Positions 50,496 to 63,444 of a stretch of 64,000 nt of DNA are shown one piece after another. Position 1 is the first letter of the stretch, and every line of letters begins with the position of its first letter. Both the position numbers and the translations under genes were made by a program. A model generated the notes under the pieces. That model worked only from the letters and a program-made list of their open reading frames with translations, was not told the origin of the DNA and did not search any database. Where the stretch lies: positions 31,558,001-31,622,000 of the forward strand of contig NC_043016.1 of NCBI RefSeq assembly GCF_006345805.1, written 5' to 3'. This stretch comes from Octopus sinensis (lineage: Eukaryota).

Positions 50496-52329
50496 CTACA
50501 TATAGAAATAAAAATTTTATTTAATATATTGTATTAGTACAGTGTTTAACAAGTACCAAGTCTATAAAATATGAATTGCAAATTTGCAATACTATACACA
50601 TTTCATGAGACCAAAATTGGGAGAGATCATGGAAGATGTGTAATTAAGTATCAGCTGTAGAGTGTAGCCATTTTCAAATAGTAGCGCCAATTTGTGATAG
50701 CTGGCAATATGACGTAATGTCGTATTGCCGAAGAAATATGATTGTTGTTTTCCCATTGGTTGAAATAACTGCTCATATAGGAATTCTGAAAATTAGTTAA
50801 AGAATATTTTTATGTGATTTCAATTCTTTAAAGTCAAGTTAAGCAGTTATAAAAACCCTGGATTTGGGGGAAAACTTTAGTGTTTTGTGGGATGTTACTA
50901 AACTCCACGACACTCGCTCCTTTGAGACATTGGTTATTTTTTTATGCCATGTCTATGAAAAATCCAACAAGACTTGTTTGAATTGTTGAGATCTATATAG
51001 TTAGTATGAAGAATTAGCTAGTGTAAATTTTAAGTCGTAATTCTCAACAACAAAATTACTTTACTTCAAATTGTATCATAGATATTAAAAATGCTAAATG
51101 TACATAAATAAAATAATGTAGTAATTATTTTCTCTTTCTTCACGTTCTTCAACTTGTTAATGAAATTTATTTCTGTAATTATGAAACTGTACATTTTTTA
51201 TAGTGGTTAAAAGAACACAAAATTATTTATCTTCAACATACATGCACGCATAGAATGTCTTAGTGTTTCAGAGAATATATTTCTCGCTAAGGCGTTTATG
51301 TCGCTGGAGTTATGATTTACGTATAATGATAACACTTATAAGTAAGTTATAAGTGACGGGTTTATCAATATATATCCCTACTTAAAAAGTAAAATATGCA
51401 AATAAGAAACATATAAAAGTAGCATTATACTAACAGTAACCAAAAAACACTGCTACACAGCTATAAGGGAACAACAATGATAGAAGAGAATGTGATTTGG
51501 TGCATAACATATATATAATAAATATCTACAGAGACATCAAAATAGGCTGCATAATCCTTCAGACATTGTACCCCCTATGTGGATATATAGATTTTTAAAA
51601 AAAACCACCACAGCATGAGGACATGACCCATTGCCACAAAGGAGGTATTCATTTGGAAATGAAACTTCTACCAAAGAAAAGTGTGTAATGTACAGCCTCA
51701 TAACTCACTCTAACTGCAGCAATATATTCAGGATCATTGCCAGAATATCCCTTTTTAATATTATGAGCTTTTTACAATGGATTACTTTTCAAACACAACA
51801 GATTTATGAATACACATCTAGACACTGAACAAATTCCTTAACTCCTCTACTTGACATTCCTTTTTACACCACATCAGGCATCTTTAGTTCTAAAATTCAG
51901 CAAGGTAACAAAAATTCATGTACCACCTATCCCAAATAGTTCCTTGAACCAAACTGCCTGAGACAACTACTGGTTTTATGATGCAGGTTTCTTGTTTTAG
52001 AGTGATCTAGATTAAAACATTTCTTCAAAATTTTACGTAAAGTGAAGTTCAAAACACCAGCTTAATAGTGATAAAATCATTTTATTAAATTCTTCATTAT
52101 TTTCAAAATTAACTGGACCAAAGGCAGTGTATTTCAAAAGAAATATAATAACAAAAGGGTTTAAAAAATACCTTCATAGACTGGCCCAAACGGCACTCAG
52201 GCATATGATTACGTATCTCAATTTCTGAAAAGGTAACTTATCTGAGAAAGTTTTAGATGTCATGTGCAAGACCATGTTGGAACATTACATGTGTTTCTAT
52301 AACTAATGTGATAAGAAATTATTGAATAT

Positions 52330-52552
52330 TAATCGCGACCTGTTCACTGACAAAATTCCAGGAATTTTGTCAGTGAACAGGTTGTGGTCTCAAAGCGACG
52401 AAAATATTTTGGCAAATTAAATTTAAATGTTGAAGAGAATCTAACGGTTTTTGTGTTTTTAAATGGCTTATAAACACCTTCCATGCTGCAATTGTTTTTG
52501 TTCCAGCACACAATCTCAGATCAGTCACTTGCTATGCAAGTACATCTCCATA
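52330..52552. mobile_element. Half of the foldback MITE family with central palindrome, ending in (TA)n
   Basis: gacctgttcactgacaaaattcc/ggaattttgtcagtgaacaggt palindrome; terminus gtcacttgctatgcaagtacatctcca followed by (TA)n. Confidence 0.7.
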
Positions 52553-52810
52553 ATATATATATATATATATATAAAATTTGAAAACTTATTAGGTAAGATT
52601 ATTAACATTTGAACTGATATCGTGGCAAACTGCATGCTGAAGAAGAGAACAAATCAAAATTTTATTTACAAATGATTTTGTTCTAAAACAAATACTGTCA
52701 GTATGATTTTTGGGAGTTTTTTTTCAATCCTTCAGGATTAATATGATAGATGTGAATATTGCATTTAAAAAGAATTTTTTTTTTTTTTTAAAAAAAAGGT
52801 TAATTCTTAC

Positions 52811-52860
52811 TTCTTTTTTATATCATTGAGAAACATAAAGGCTTTTGCTCTCTCAAAAAC
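52811..52860 (-). CDS. VAMP7: VAMP7 coding exon 3
   Basis: Acceptor ttgttttcag|, donor |gtaaga. Reads VFERAKAFMFLNDIKK(K). 50 nt. Confidence 0.93.
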
Positions 52861-54524
52861 CTGAAAACAAATAAAAAAGATACAAATCTTAATGAAACAA
52901 AGTCAACAATAAAAAGAAATTGTTCATAAAATGAAAAAAGACCAAAAGATGAACACTATTAACATGGCTGTCCCTTAAATGGTGATGGTGGTGATGATGG
53001 GTGGTGGTAATGATAGGTAATGGTGATGATGGTAGTAGTGGTAGTTATGATGGAGGTGGTGGTAACAAATTGATGGTGGATAGTGGTGGATAGAGAGTGA
53101 TGGAGGATGAAGGGTGATAGCAGATGATCATGATGATGATGATGGTGGTGGTGGCAGTAGAGTTGATATTGTCGATTCAAATGACTAAATGCTTCTGCAT
53201 TCTCATGGCAGAGAAGATCATCTGATGTCAGGTGACAGACAATCTCTTTAGCTCTATATCACACACAACAGTTTTGAAATCCTAGGATTTTTTCAACCCA
53301 AATATGAAAAAAAAATGAAAATGTTCATCATACATCACACACACATACACAAAATATATCAGAAGTGTAGCAGGCCCCTTAATTGTACAGTAGTAGATGT
53401 AGAGGTGCAGAAAAAGGTGGCTGAAGTTTCTACAACACCAGATATCAGAGAAGTGGTAGACTCAGGCACGGATCAAGACCCATAGAGGCCCGAGATACTG
53501 GAAAGTTTTTGGTGTCCCTATGTATATGTAATTCAAAATATACATAATAATGAGTCATAAAATAAATTAACAGTAAGATGGAAAATAATGTTTATTCTTG
53601 TATACTTCCACTTTATTTATATTTGAGAAGTACTTGATGAGATCTTGAACTCTGACATCATGAATACTTTGGCAATAATGGTTGGTGGAAATGATAGGTG
53701 ATGGTGATGATGATGGTAGTGGTGATGGTGGATAGAGGGTGATGGAAGATGAAGAGTGATGGCAAATGGTCGTGGTGATGATGATGGTGGTGGGGTGATG
53801 AAAGCCTTGTGAATGGATTTGGTAGATGGAAACTGAAAGAAGCTTCTGTGTGTGTGTGAGTGTGTGTTAGTGTTTCTTTGTCTTGACATTGTGTAATAAG
53901 TTGCAAAATGAATGTCACAGTTATACAAGAAATGTCATTCATTTCCAATATTCTGCAAAAAATAAGCCTAAGCTTATGTGTATATATATTTAATGTCCAT
54001 TTTCCATACTGGCATGGGTTGACAGGAGCTGGTAAGGTTGGGGACCACACCAGGCTCCAATCATATAACCATTTACCATTTTTGTGGTGCCCACCTTTAC
54101 TTTGATGCCCTAAGCACGTGCTTATTTTGCTTAATGGTTAATCCAGCACTGAGTAGACTGAAGAAGGAGGCAGAGATTTGCATGTCTTTATAACTGCACA
54201 CTAATATATGTAACAAGTGAATGATATAAACAATAATCAGGCCTGGAACAAATATCCAACACAGTTTACTATAAAACATTCATTCAGGAAATGTATTCAT
54301 TACTTTCTGAAACACGGTTAATAATGAATTTACAGCCTGTTTATGTGAAGAAGAAGTCAGTAAAATATAAGACATTGGAAGCTTTTGATAACAGTAAATA
54401 AGACAATTCTGATAGTGGGACTGTGATGAGAAGGGATAGTAAACCCTGGATAGAATTGTAGCTGATGTTAAATGATAGTTTAAACAATGAAATCAAGAAG
54501 AAAAAAAAAAATAATAATCAGCAG

Positions 54525-54925
54525 CATCATTTAATGTCTATTTTCCATGCTGGCATGCATTGACAGGAGCTGATAAAGTTGAGGACCACACCAGGCTCCA
54601 TTGTCGGTTCAGGTACGATTTCTAGGGCTGGATACCTTTCCTAACACCAACCACTTTACTGAGTGTACTGGGTGCTTTTTACCAAGCTAAAAAATATGAA
54701 ATGAAATAGCTGGCCAATGCCAGTGTTATGTAACTGGTACCAATGCCACTGGCACATAAAAAGCACTCATGACATTCTTGGAGTGGTTAGTGTTAGGAAA
54801 AGTATCCAGTCATAGAAACCATACCAAATAAGACTGGAACTTGGTGCAGCTCTCCAGCTTACTAACTGCAGTCAAACCATCTAACCCATGCCAGTATGGA
54901 AAGCAGAAACTAAATGATGATGAAA
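54525..54925. mobile_element. Adjacent inverted pair of family-C repeats
   Basis: 54525-54680 on - and 54715-54925 on +. Confidence 0.7.
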
Positions 54926-55300
54926 TAAAGTGGTAATTGTACGAATATGGAATTACCAATTTTCCGTGGCTATGATCAAGTATAAATATCTGGAATCTTG
55001 GATTTAGGTCAGGTTTGTGAGATAAATCAGATCAGATATCAATGATTTCTAGGTAAATATGATTTCTAACATGTCACTATGTCTGATGATAACAAAGACA
55101 GACTGTTGATAACTATGTGTAAATACATAGCAATATAGATATCTCTGTGTTGGTATGCAGTAAAACTGCATGCAAGCTTGCAGTAGTATCAGATAACATT
55201 TTTAAATGTGAAGAAGTTCATGCAAAATTTATTTTAAAATAACATTAAAAAAAAACAAATATAATTACATAATGAAATATTTTCTACAAATTTTACTTAC

Positions 55301-55358
55301 ATCATCTGTAATACAAAGATATATAATGTGGTCTTCTGATATGTAGTGGAAGAGATAG
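55301..55358 (-). CDS. VAMP7: VAMP7 coding exon 2
   Basis: Acceptor tttttcag|, donor |gtaagt. Reads YLFHYISEDHIIYLCITDD. 58 nt. Confidence 0.95.
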
Positions 55359-56284
55359 CTGAAAAAGGAAAGAAAACGAAGAACAAGCTTTAACATCAAT
55401 GAAAGTAGTTAAAACAAAATGAAATTCAAACTGTTCCTAAGAATGCACAATTAAAGAATGGTCAGGAGATGTCTAAAAATAAAACTATTCTCTCACAAAT
55501 GATCAAAACAGAAAAGAACAAGCCATATCAGGTATTTAGAAAGATCATCAATTTATCGTATGGACTTTTGAAATAATTTCAAATGAAGCCCCTCCTGAGA
55601 AATAAATATTTTCATTACCAGAATGAAATACAAATGCTTATCTCTTGTCTTTATGCTGCATATTTCAGAGTTAATTAAATAAGTATGCCAACAAATTAAG
55701 TATTACATGCCAGTTGTATCATCACTGAATTTTGTGCTTAATCAAACTAACTGGCTTTATTTATAAAAACAAAATACACCTGTAAACAGGGGATATATTT
55801 TTGTTTAGTTAGCCAGAAAAAATGATTCAAAAGCTTAGAGCTTTGAGACAAAGTTCTTGTGAAACTAAACAGAAATTACATATAAAATGGAATAGACATG
55901 CATGTGAGTGTATGTTTGTGTCTCCTTGTCTTGACATTGTGCGACAGTTGTAAATGACAGAGGCAGTGTCACTCATTTCCAATATTCTGGAAAAACATGT
56001 CTGGAAACAGATGAGGTTTGGCAGCAGGAAGGGTATCATTCATTAAAAAAATATCTGCCTCAAAAGAACACTGTCCAAACCATGCAGACACAGGAAAGTG
56101 GATACTAAAATGATGAGGATGTTGATTAAACTAGCTAGAACAGTGTTTCTAAACTGAAGTTCCCCAGAACCATAGGGTTCTGCGAGAAAGAGTAAGGTAA
56201 GCTAATGCTAATATTATCATACATGCACAACATATTATTGGTTATTGTAATATTGTAATACAGACATCATCCTATCTAACCTCT

Positions 56285-56990
56285 TATCATCATCATCATC
56301 GTTTAATGTCCGCTTTCCATGCTGGCATGGGTTGGACAGTTTGACTGAGGGCAGGCAAGCCAGAAGGCTGCACTAGGATCCAATCTGATCTGGCAAAGTT
56401 CCTACAGCTGGATACCCTTCCTAACGCCAACCACGACAGTGTAGTGGCTGCTTTTTACATGCCACCAGCACAAGGGCCAGTCAGGTAGTACTGGCATCAA
56501 CCACACTTGAATGGAGCTATTTATGTGCCACCAGCACAGGAGTCAGTCAGGTGTCACTGGCAATGACCACGTGCAAATGGTGCTTTTTACATGCCACTGG
56601 CACAAGAACCAATCTAGCAGCACTGGCAACAACCACACTCAAATGGACCTTTTTACATACCACTGGCACAGGTGACAATCAGGCAGTACTGGAATCAGCT
56701 CCAACAATGACTTCACTTGACTCAACAGATCTTCATAATCACAGTTTATTGCCCAATGACTGAAGGGTACTTTTAAATGGGCTAGTTATGCTACGCTGGC
56801 ATAGGCCACATTTATGGTCTCACTTGGCTTGCCAGGTCTTCTCAAGCACAGCATATCTCCAAAGGTCTTGGTCACTTGTCATCACTTCCATGAGACCCAA
56901 TGTTCATAGATCATGTTTCACCACCTCATCCCAGGTCTTCCTGGGTCTATCTCTTCCATAGGTTCCCTCCACTGTTAGGGTGTGACACTG
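56285..56990 (-). mobile_element. RTE LINE 3' end joined to a family-C tail
   Basis: - strand [27 protein letters not shown] (RTE G.R.RGRPRK.W motif), then 3' UTR and (GAT)n tail. Confidence 0.8.
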
Positions 56991-56998
56991 CATTTGTT

Positions 56999-56999
56999 T

Positions 57000-57036
<37 letters not shown>

Positions 57037-57091
57037 ACACATATACATATATATATATGTACACACATACATACATATATATGTCTATGTA

Positions 57092-57137
<46 letters not shown>

Positions 57138-57148
57138 TACATACATAC

Positions 57149-57179
<31 letters not shown>
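56999..57179. repeat. Compound (TA)/(CA)/(TACA) microsatellite
   Basis: Seen directly. Other microsatellites: (AC)n 665-692, (TA)n 8927-8950, (GT)n 9130-9170, (TA)n 11316-11362, (TA)n 63105-63138. Confidence 0.95.
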
Positions 57180-57294
57180 AATAAAAATATGCAGAGAGAA
57201 ATAACTCATTGTGCCTAGTTACATGAACTTAGATAACAAAGATGAATAGATTAAACTGAATTTAAATTAAATTCTTGCTCAGTGAGAGAAGGCA

Positions 57295-57470
57295 ACCTTG
57301 TTTTCATAAATTTTGAATTAAAATCTTCCACCAAACCTTAGTCACAATTTATGTTCCTAACACTAGCTGAATGATAACTAAGTTATTTTACTAAATTCTT
57401 TTGTTATATTTAAAGTAATCGAAAGAAACACAGAGCATCTCAAAATAAATACAGTAATGAAAAGGTTAAG
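57295..57470. mobile_element. Partial TTAA-type MITE
   Basis: Ends ..aataaatacagtaatgaaaaggTTAA. A similar end (..acaaaagggtttaa) occurs at ~51930-52163. Confidence 0.5.
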
Positions 57471-57531
57471 AAACATTGAGTTAAACCAACTGGGATTAAA
57501 ATTGAAAAAGAGAAGAATTATTGTTACTTAC

Positions 57532-57677
57532 TTAACATGAGAATATGTTAGTTTTCCATCTTCTGGAGGTATGCGACTAAGTATCTGTTCTGTAACTTCG
57601 GCAAAGTTACCCGTGCACATAGCATATCGTGCAAGGACTGTACAGCCCCTGGCAATAACTGAGTAAAACAACGGCAT
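57532..57677 (-). CDS. VAMP7: VAMP7 coding exon 1 (longin domain N-terminus)
   Basis: Reads MPLFYSVIARGCTVLARYAMCTGNFAEVTEQILSRIPPEDGKLTYSHV(N); donor gtaagt; 146 nt. The 8 exons join in frame to 660 nt (219 aa plus stop). Confidence 0.95.
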
Positions 57678-57834
57678 TGTCACCTCGACAAACTAAAGCT
57701 AGCGTGTCTAATTTTAATCATAAAGTCTGAAAAAGAATTTTAAAATAATTAATTGAAAAGAGCTGTGAGCAGAAAATTGTTTATTAATGATTCTAAAAGA
57801 ATAGTCAGTGTTCATAATAAAAAACATATTTTTT

Positions 57835-58215
57835 AATCTCCCACTTGTTTCAGTCATCTGACTGCAGCCATGCTGGAGCACTGCCTTGAAGCATTTTAAT
57901 GAAGTGTATCAGCCCAAGTGCTTATTTCTTTTATTTTAAGCCTGGCACTTATTCTATCAGTATTTTTTGCCAAACTGCTAAGTTACAGAGACATAAACAC
58001 ACCAACACCAGTTATCAAGCTAGTGGAGAAGGACACACACACAATGGTTTTTTTTGTCAGTTTCTGTCTGCTAAATCCACTCACCCACTCACATGGCTTT
58101 GGTTGGGTTGAGACAATAGTAGAGGACACTTGCCCAAGGCGTTCATGCAGTAGGACTGAATCTGAACCTGGAACCATATGGTTAGGAAGCAAAAATCTTA
58201 ACACACAGCCACACC
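57835..58215 (-). mobile_element. Family-A SINE
   Basis: Reverse complement of 62721-63105. Confidence 0.85.
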
Positions 58216-58407
58216 TATTTTCACAGAATACAGAAAATATTCACAAAGGTAGTTATGAATGATTGAATATGAATCATGAAAGTTCATATTTATTTCATTA
58301 AACTAATGTGTATAAACAGCAATTGGGTGAGTAAGGCAAAAGTTACATGTACCTCTTTAGCATTCAGATTTCTCTAACAAATGTAACATTTATTTACAAT
58401 AATGTGG

Positions 58408-58692
58408 ATGCACATGGCCTAGTGGTTAGAGCAGCAGACTCGCAGTCAAGGGATCGCAGGTTCGAATCTCAGACCAGGCGATGTGTGTGCTTATGAGCGA
58501 TACAGCTAAGATCCATGCGGCTCCGGCAGAAGGTAATGGCGAACTTCTGCTGACTCTTTCACTACAACTTTCTCTCACTCTTTCCTTCTGCATCTTGCAG
58601 CTCACCTGCGATGGACCGGTGTCTAGGTGGGGAACCTATACACCAAGGAAACCAGCCCTTATGAGCCGGGCATGGCTCAGGAAGGAACAAAC
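58408..58692 (+). mobile_element. tRNA-derived SINE (family E)
   Basis: tggcctagtggttagagc...ggttcgaatctc head plus body shared with 63445-63745. Confidence 0.85.
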
Positions 58693-59875
58693 ATTCACAA
58701 TAATATGAACTAGAGGGACCTGTGAATATTTCATAGAATTAATGGTAAATCTGTTGGATTATTTCTGGAAATTTTATCTCAAAAACCTGAAAGTGTAGCC
58801 TGTATTGTGTCTGTAACAAAAGATAGTCACTCATCTGCTAATCATTGAAAAGTGAAGGAAATTGGAATATGATGATTATTTAACGCACTATATATACTTT
58901 ATGCACAATTTATAGACTTAATACACAGAACTCATAAACATTCACTCTTATTTTTCCATTTTCCCCATAAAAAAATATCCCATACATATAATACAACCTT
59001 TAGTTAAATTGCATATATTTGCCATGTAAATAAGCATGAATATTTCACGGAATTTCACTTATGCACCTGCATTAGTGATAGGTGATATAAAAACTTAGTT
59101 CAACTAAAATAAAAGAAACACTTTTCACTAACCAATTACCACCACCACCAACATCATCATCATATCATATCTCTTCTGCCTCCCTCTTTGCTTTCTTTAA
59201 CCTCACCATCAGAACATCACTGCTCTGCTAAAATTATATTTTTAACTTTCCTCCTCTACCTTCAACTAACTTTTTAAATGATGTAATAAATATTACATTC
59301 CTCCTACTTCATGTCAGGGAAACTTCTCCCTCTTTTTGTCTCACTATTTGCCTTATCCTCTTTTTCTCTCTCCTCCCTTTCCTTTCAACTAATCACATAA
59401 AAGAGTTACAATTACATTCCCTTTACCTCGTGTCATGGACACTTCTCTCCCCCTCTTTTCTTTCTCTAATCACGTGAAAGCATTAACGACAGGCTAAGTA
59501 ACGCAATGACAAGGAGAATTATTATATGATTAATCATGCATTATCTTATTGCTTTAAGATTTTAATGACATAGTTTATTTTTAGAATAATATTGAAGGTG
59601 TGGGAAGCCAGATCTGGCCAGTTTGAAGATAATACAGGTAGATTATGTTGGCTGGATATGGCCAGTTACATAACAGGGGGTTACGTAACAGAGATGACAC
59701 TTATTGTATTGTATTTGACTACACAACATTTTATGATGTAGTGAATAGGGATGGCTATAAGAAATAGGGAACAAATTTGAAAAGAAATGAGAAATGTTCC
59801 TGAGGTTTTCAAGGTAGTGCTCCAGCATGGCTGCAGTCAAATGACTGAAACAAGTAAAAGAATAAGAATCCAGGC

Positions 59876-62112
59876 CAGTGGTTCCCAACCGATTTTTGGT
59901 CATGCCCCACTGAATCATTTCTAAAATCCTGATGCCCCCTTGTGATATTTAATTTTTGTTATTCAAAATTTGGTTGATGTTTACAATATTACCCAGAAAA
60001 AAAAACAAAAACAGTGCAACAGATGTAAAAAAAAAAAATGTGTAGGAAACGAATAGGAAAAATTGCGCAGAAAGCAACAGGGTGGGGGACTTTGGAAAAT
60101 TCACAAGATCCGAGTTTTTCCCTCATAACTTTTAAAAAAAAAAATTTTTTTTTTAAATAAAATTTCATACAAATACCTTTCAACCAGCATAGATTATGAT
60201 TATAAAGAAATTTGTGGGAAAATCTTTTCCGAGGTGTTGGGAGAGGACTTCAGAAAATTCACAAGATCCAAGTTTGTCGCCCATAACTTGGTGACAGTTT
60301 ATCATGGATAGCGGGTATAAATCTAAATTTTAAATATTCCTCTGAATATTGACGAACTTTCTTTTTACTTGCACTACTCATTTTATGTATTTTTGAATCA
60401 GAATAACTACAGATTTCTGTGCCCCCGACTTCGGATGGTCATAACTTTAAGAAAAATGGATATTTTTTAATGAACTTGTTCACGAATATGTGTTATATTA
60501 TGTTGATTCCGAATATACAAAATGTTGGGTGGAAAGTGTTTTAGGAGGGGTTGGGGTGGGGAATTTTGGAAATTTCACCAGAGTCCACTTCAATTTGTCT
60601 TAACTTTCAAGAAAATGGATATTTTTCAATGAAATTCTCTACAAAGATACCTTGGACTATGTACATTCCAAGGACATAGGAATTTTGGAGGAAAACAATT
60701 GGGAGCTATTTTTGAGAACTATTTACCTGGGAATTGTTTTTGAGAACTGTTTACCTGGGAATTTACTTAAAGTGAAAAAAAACCATATGCAACAGATAAG
60801 TCGTCTTAATAACATATTTCTATGTACCAGACCTTTAGCTGTTATTTTTAGCATATGTTTTCTGGAGAGGGCTTTATTTGCCTTCATTGCCTGTTTGTTG
60901 CTTCAGTAGAAATCTACAGATGCACAAACACACAAAATGGAGAAAATGAAACAAATATGTACGACTTGTTTAGAAACACCCACAAGTGGGGAACAGTTCT
61001 CAAACATAGCTCCCAATTGTTTACTTCCAAAATTCCTATGTCCTCGGAATCTACATAGTCTGAGGTATATTTGTAGAGAATTTCATAAAATAATATATTT
61101 TCCAAAATTCCCCACCCCAACACTTTCCCCCAAAAATTTTGTATATTCAGAATGTTCGTGATATAACATATTCGTGGACAAGTTCATTAAAAAATATCCA
61201 CTTTTCTGAAAGTTATGATCATCCAAAGTCGGTGGAGAGGAGGCAGAAATCTGTAGTTATGCCATTGAATCAAACACGAAGAGATTTCAGTTCAAGTAAA
61301 TTTTTTCAACAATTTCTTCAAAAAGATTCCAGTATAAACTTTTGGAAAATATGCTCAAGACAAAATACAAAAAACATTCCATGAATCTTCTCAGCTGCAA
61401 AAGCCTTTGTATCAATGATGAGAGATTTTTCTTACTTTTTTGCTGAATTCACAAACTGACTGGTAAGAATAAAATGACCTGTCAATTTTCATCTCTATTC
61501 ATATATATACGTATGTGTGAGTATGTGTGCGTTACCAGTACCATAAATCTCTCTATCTATTTCCCCCTCTTTCCTCTCTCTTACTTACTTCCACTCCATT
61601 TCAACCCATTTCACACCATTCAATTCTTCATCCCTCACTGTTGCCAGAGATAAAAGAGTCAAATACTCTTAGACACACCTGCATACATTAGTCTGTCTCC
61701 AGTTTATTTCTCCATAGGGAATTAAGATGACATTGCTTTCAGTACTAACCAGTTCTATACTACATATATGCACGTACACACACACACACAGACCACACAC
61801 ACATACGTGTTTACACATACCACTAAATTGAAGGAAATAATCTATTCCCTCTTTAGTGACATCAAATCTTATGAATAAGATGAAAATGACGTGCTGTCTC
61901 TAAAGTGCCCAAAATTTGATAAAATTGTCCACAGAAGGAATTAAAAAAATTTTTTTTTTAAATAACTCATTCTTGAATTGCCCCCTTTCTCTATTGGCTT
62001 AATAAACATTGTGTGCAAAAGGTATAAAAATTCAGCATAACCCTATGCATGCCTCACCAAAGCATTACCATGCCCCACTGGTGGGGCATGCACCCTACGT
62101 TGGGAATCACGG
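59876..62112. mobile_element. hAT (Charlie-like) non-autonomous element, ~2.2 kb, with a long internal inverted repeat
   Basis: TIRs CAGTGGTTCCCAAC and GTTGGGAATCACGG (12/14); flanking 8-mers ATCCAGGC and GTCCAGAC (6/8, NTCTAGAN-like); subterminal ATGCCCCACTG motifs. Confidence 0.75.
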
Positions 62113-62720
62113 GTCCAGACAGAGAAAACTAACAAGTTTACTTGCCATATGTTAAAAGAACCATTATCGGTAAACTTATACAAAAATTCTACAATTATGA
62201 GTATAATTATAATTAGGGTTCAGCAAAAATTTGCTTCACCACATACCAAAATTTAGAAATAGCAGTTAAAACTAACTATTTCACTACCAAAAGAAAATCT
62301 TCCAGACAGCAATACTCAATAAGTTGTACATTAACCAAAATGAAAAAAGACATTAAATTGAATATCATATATAAAGGCACCTTTTTCAATTGTTATTAGC
62401 TTATCTTTTTAGCTAATATTTCACTTCATTCATGTGTGAGGGGACATATGTTCAATCACAAAACTTCTATACACAATTATGTAAAAGATGCATCAGCAAA
62501 CATGTTAACCTGCCAAAAGTTGTCCATAAATCTACATTGAATTACAGCAGAGTCTTAACAATGAAAGGGCTCACTGGACAATGCAAGCCTATATGCTCTA
62601 TCCATGAAAAAAAAGAATGGTTGTTTGGAACACTTGATCCTACTTCTTCTTGACCAGAGATTATATAAACAGTCATTACTATTTTGCTTCATTCAATGTT
62701 TTTCGATATATATATATTAG

Positions 62721-63104
62721 ATGTAGGAGTGGCTGTGTGGTAAGTAGCATACTTGCCAACCACATGGTTCTGGGTTCATTCCCACTGTGCGGCACCTTGG
62801 GCAAATGTCTTCTACTATAGCCTCGGGTCGACCAAAGCCTTGTGAGTGGATTTGGTAGACGGAAACTGAAAGAAGCTCATCGTATATATGAATATATGTA
62901 TATGTTTGTGTGTCTGTGTTTGACCCCCAACATCATTTGATGACCAATGGTGGTGTGTTTACGTCCCTGTAACTTAGCGGTTCGGCAAAAGAGACCAATA
63001 GAATAAGTACTAGGCTTACAAAGAATAACTCCTGGGGTCGATTTGCTCGACTAAAGGTGGTGCTCCAGCATGGCCACACTCAAATGACTGAAACAAGTAA
63101 AAGA

Positions 63105-63105
<1 letters not shown>
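62721..63105 (+). mobile_element. Full-length family-A SINE
   Basis: Head gtggctgtgtggtaag; tail gaaacaagtaaaagag followed by (TA)n. Confidence 0.88.
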
Positions 63106-63140
<35 letters not shown>

Positions 63141-63444
63141 AAAAACATTGAATGAAGCAAAATAGCAATGATTGTTTATATAATCAGTTAATCCTGTGTT
63201 CAACACATCTTGTACCTTGTTTTGTCTGATGAAATTTTGTATGATGCCACAACTAAGAAAGCCTTTATATGGTTGTTGAACCAACTAGATGCAGCAATCA
63301 AATTTCGTCAAACCACACCTTACCATAGGTAATGGAAAGACACATTTAAAAGATAAAATAGAATGGAATGGTCATGATGAGATTGCCTCTGATCATGTCT
63401 GCATGATGAAGAATGAATTAGAACCAAATAACAGCAATGATCAT

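Noticed and set aside
52959-57218. His-, Thr- and Tyr/Ile-rich short ORFs (52959, 53617, 53658, 56900, 56904, 56982)
   Set aside because: Translations of microsatellite and low-complexity DNA.
58408-58480. tRNA genes here and at 63445-63520
   Set aside because: tRNA-like A and B boxes run into a shared ~220-bp non-tRNA body in both copies and the acceptor stem does not close; these are SINE heads.
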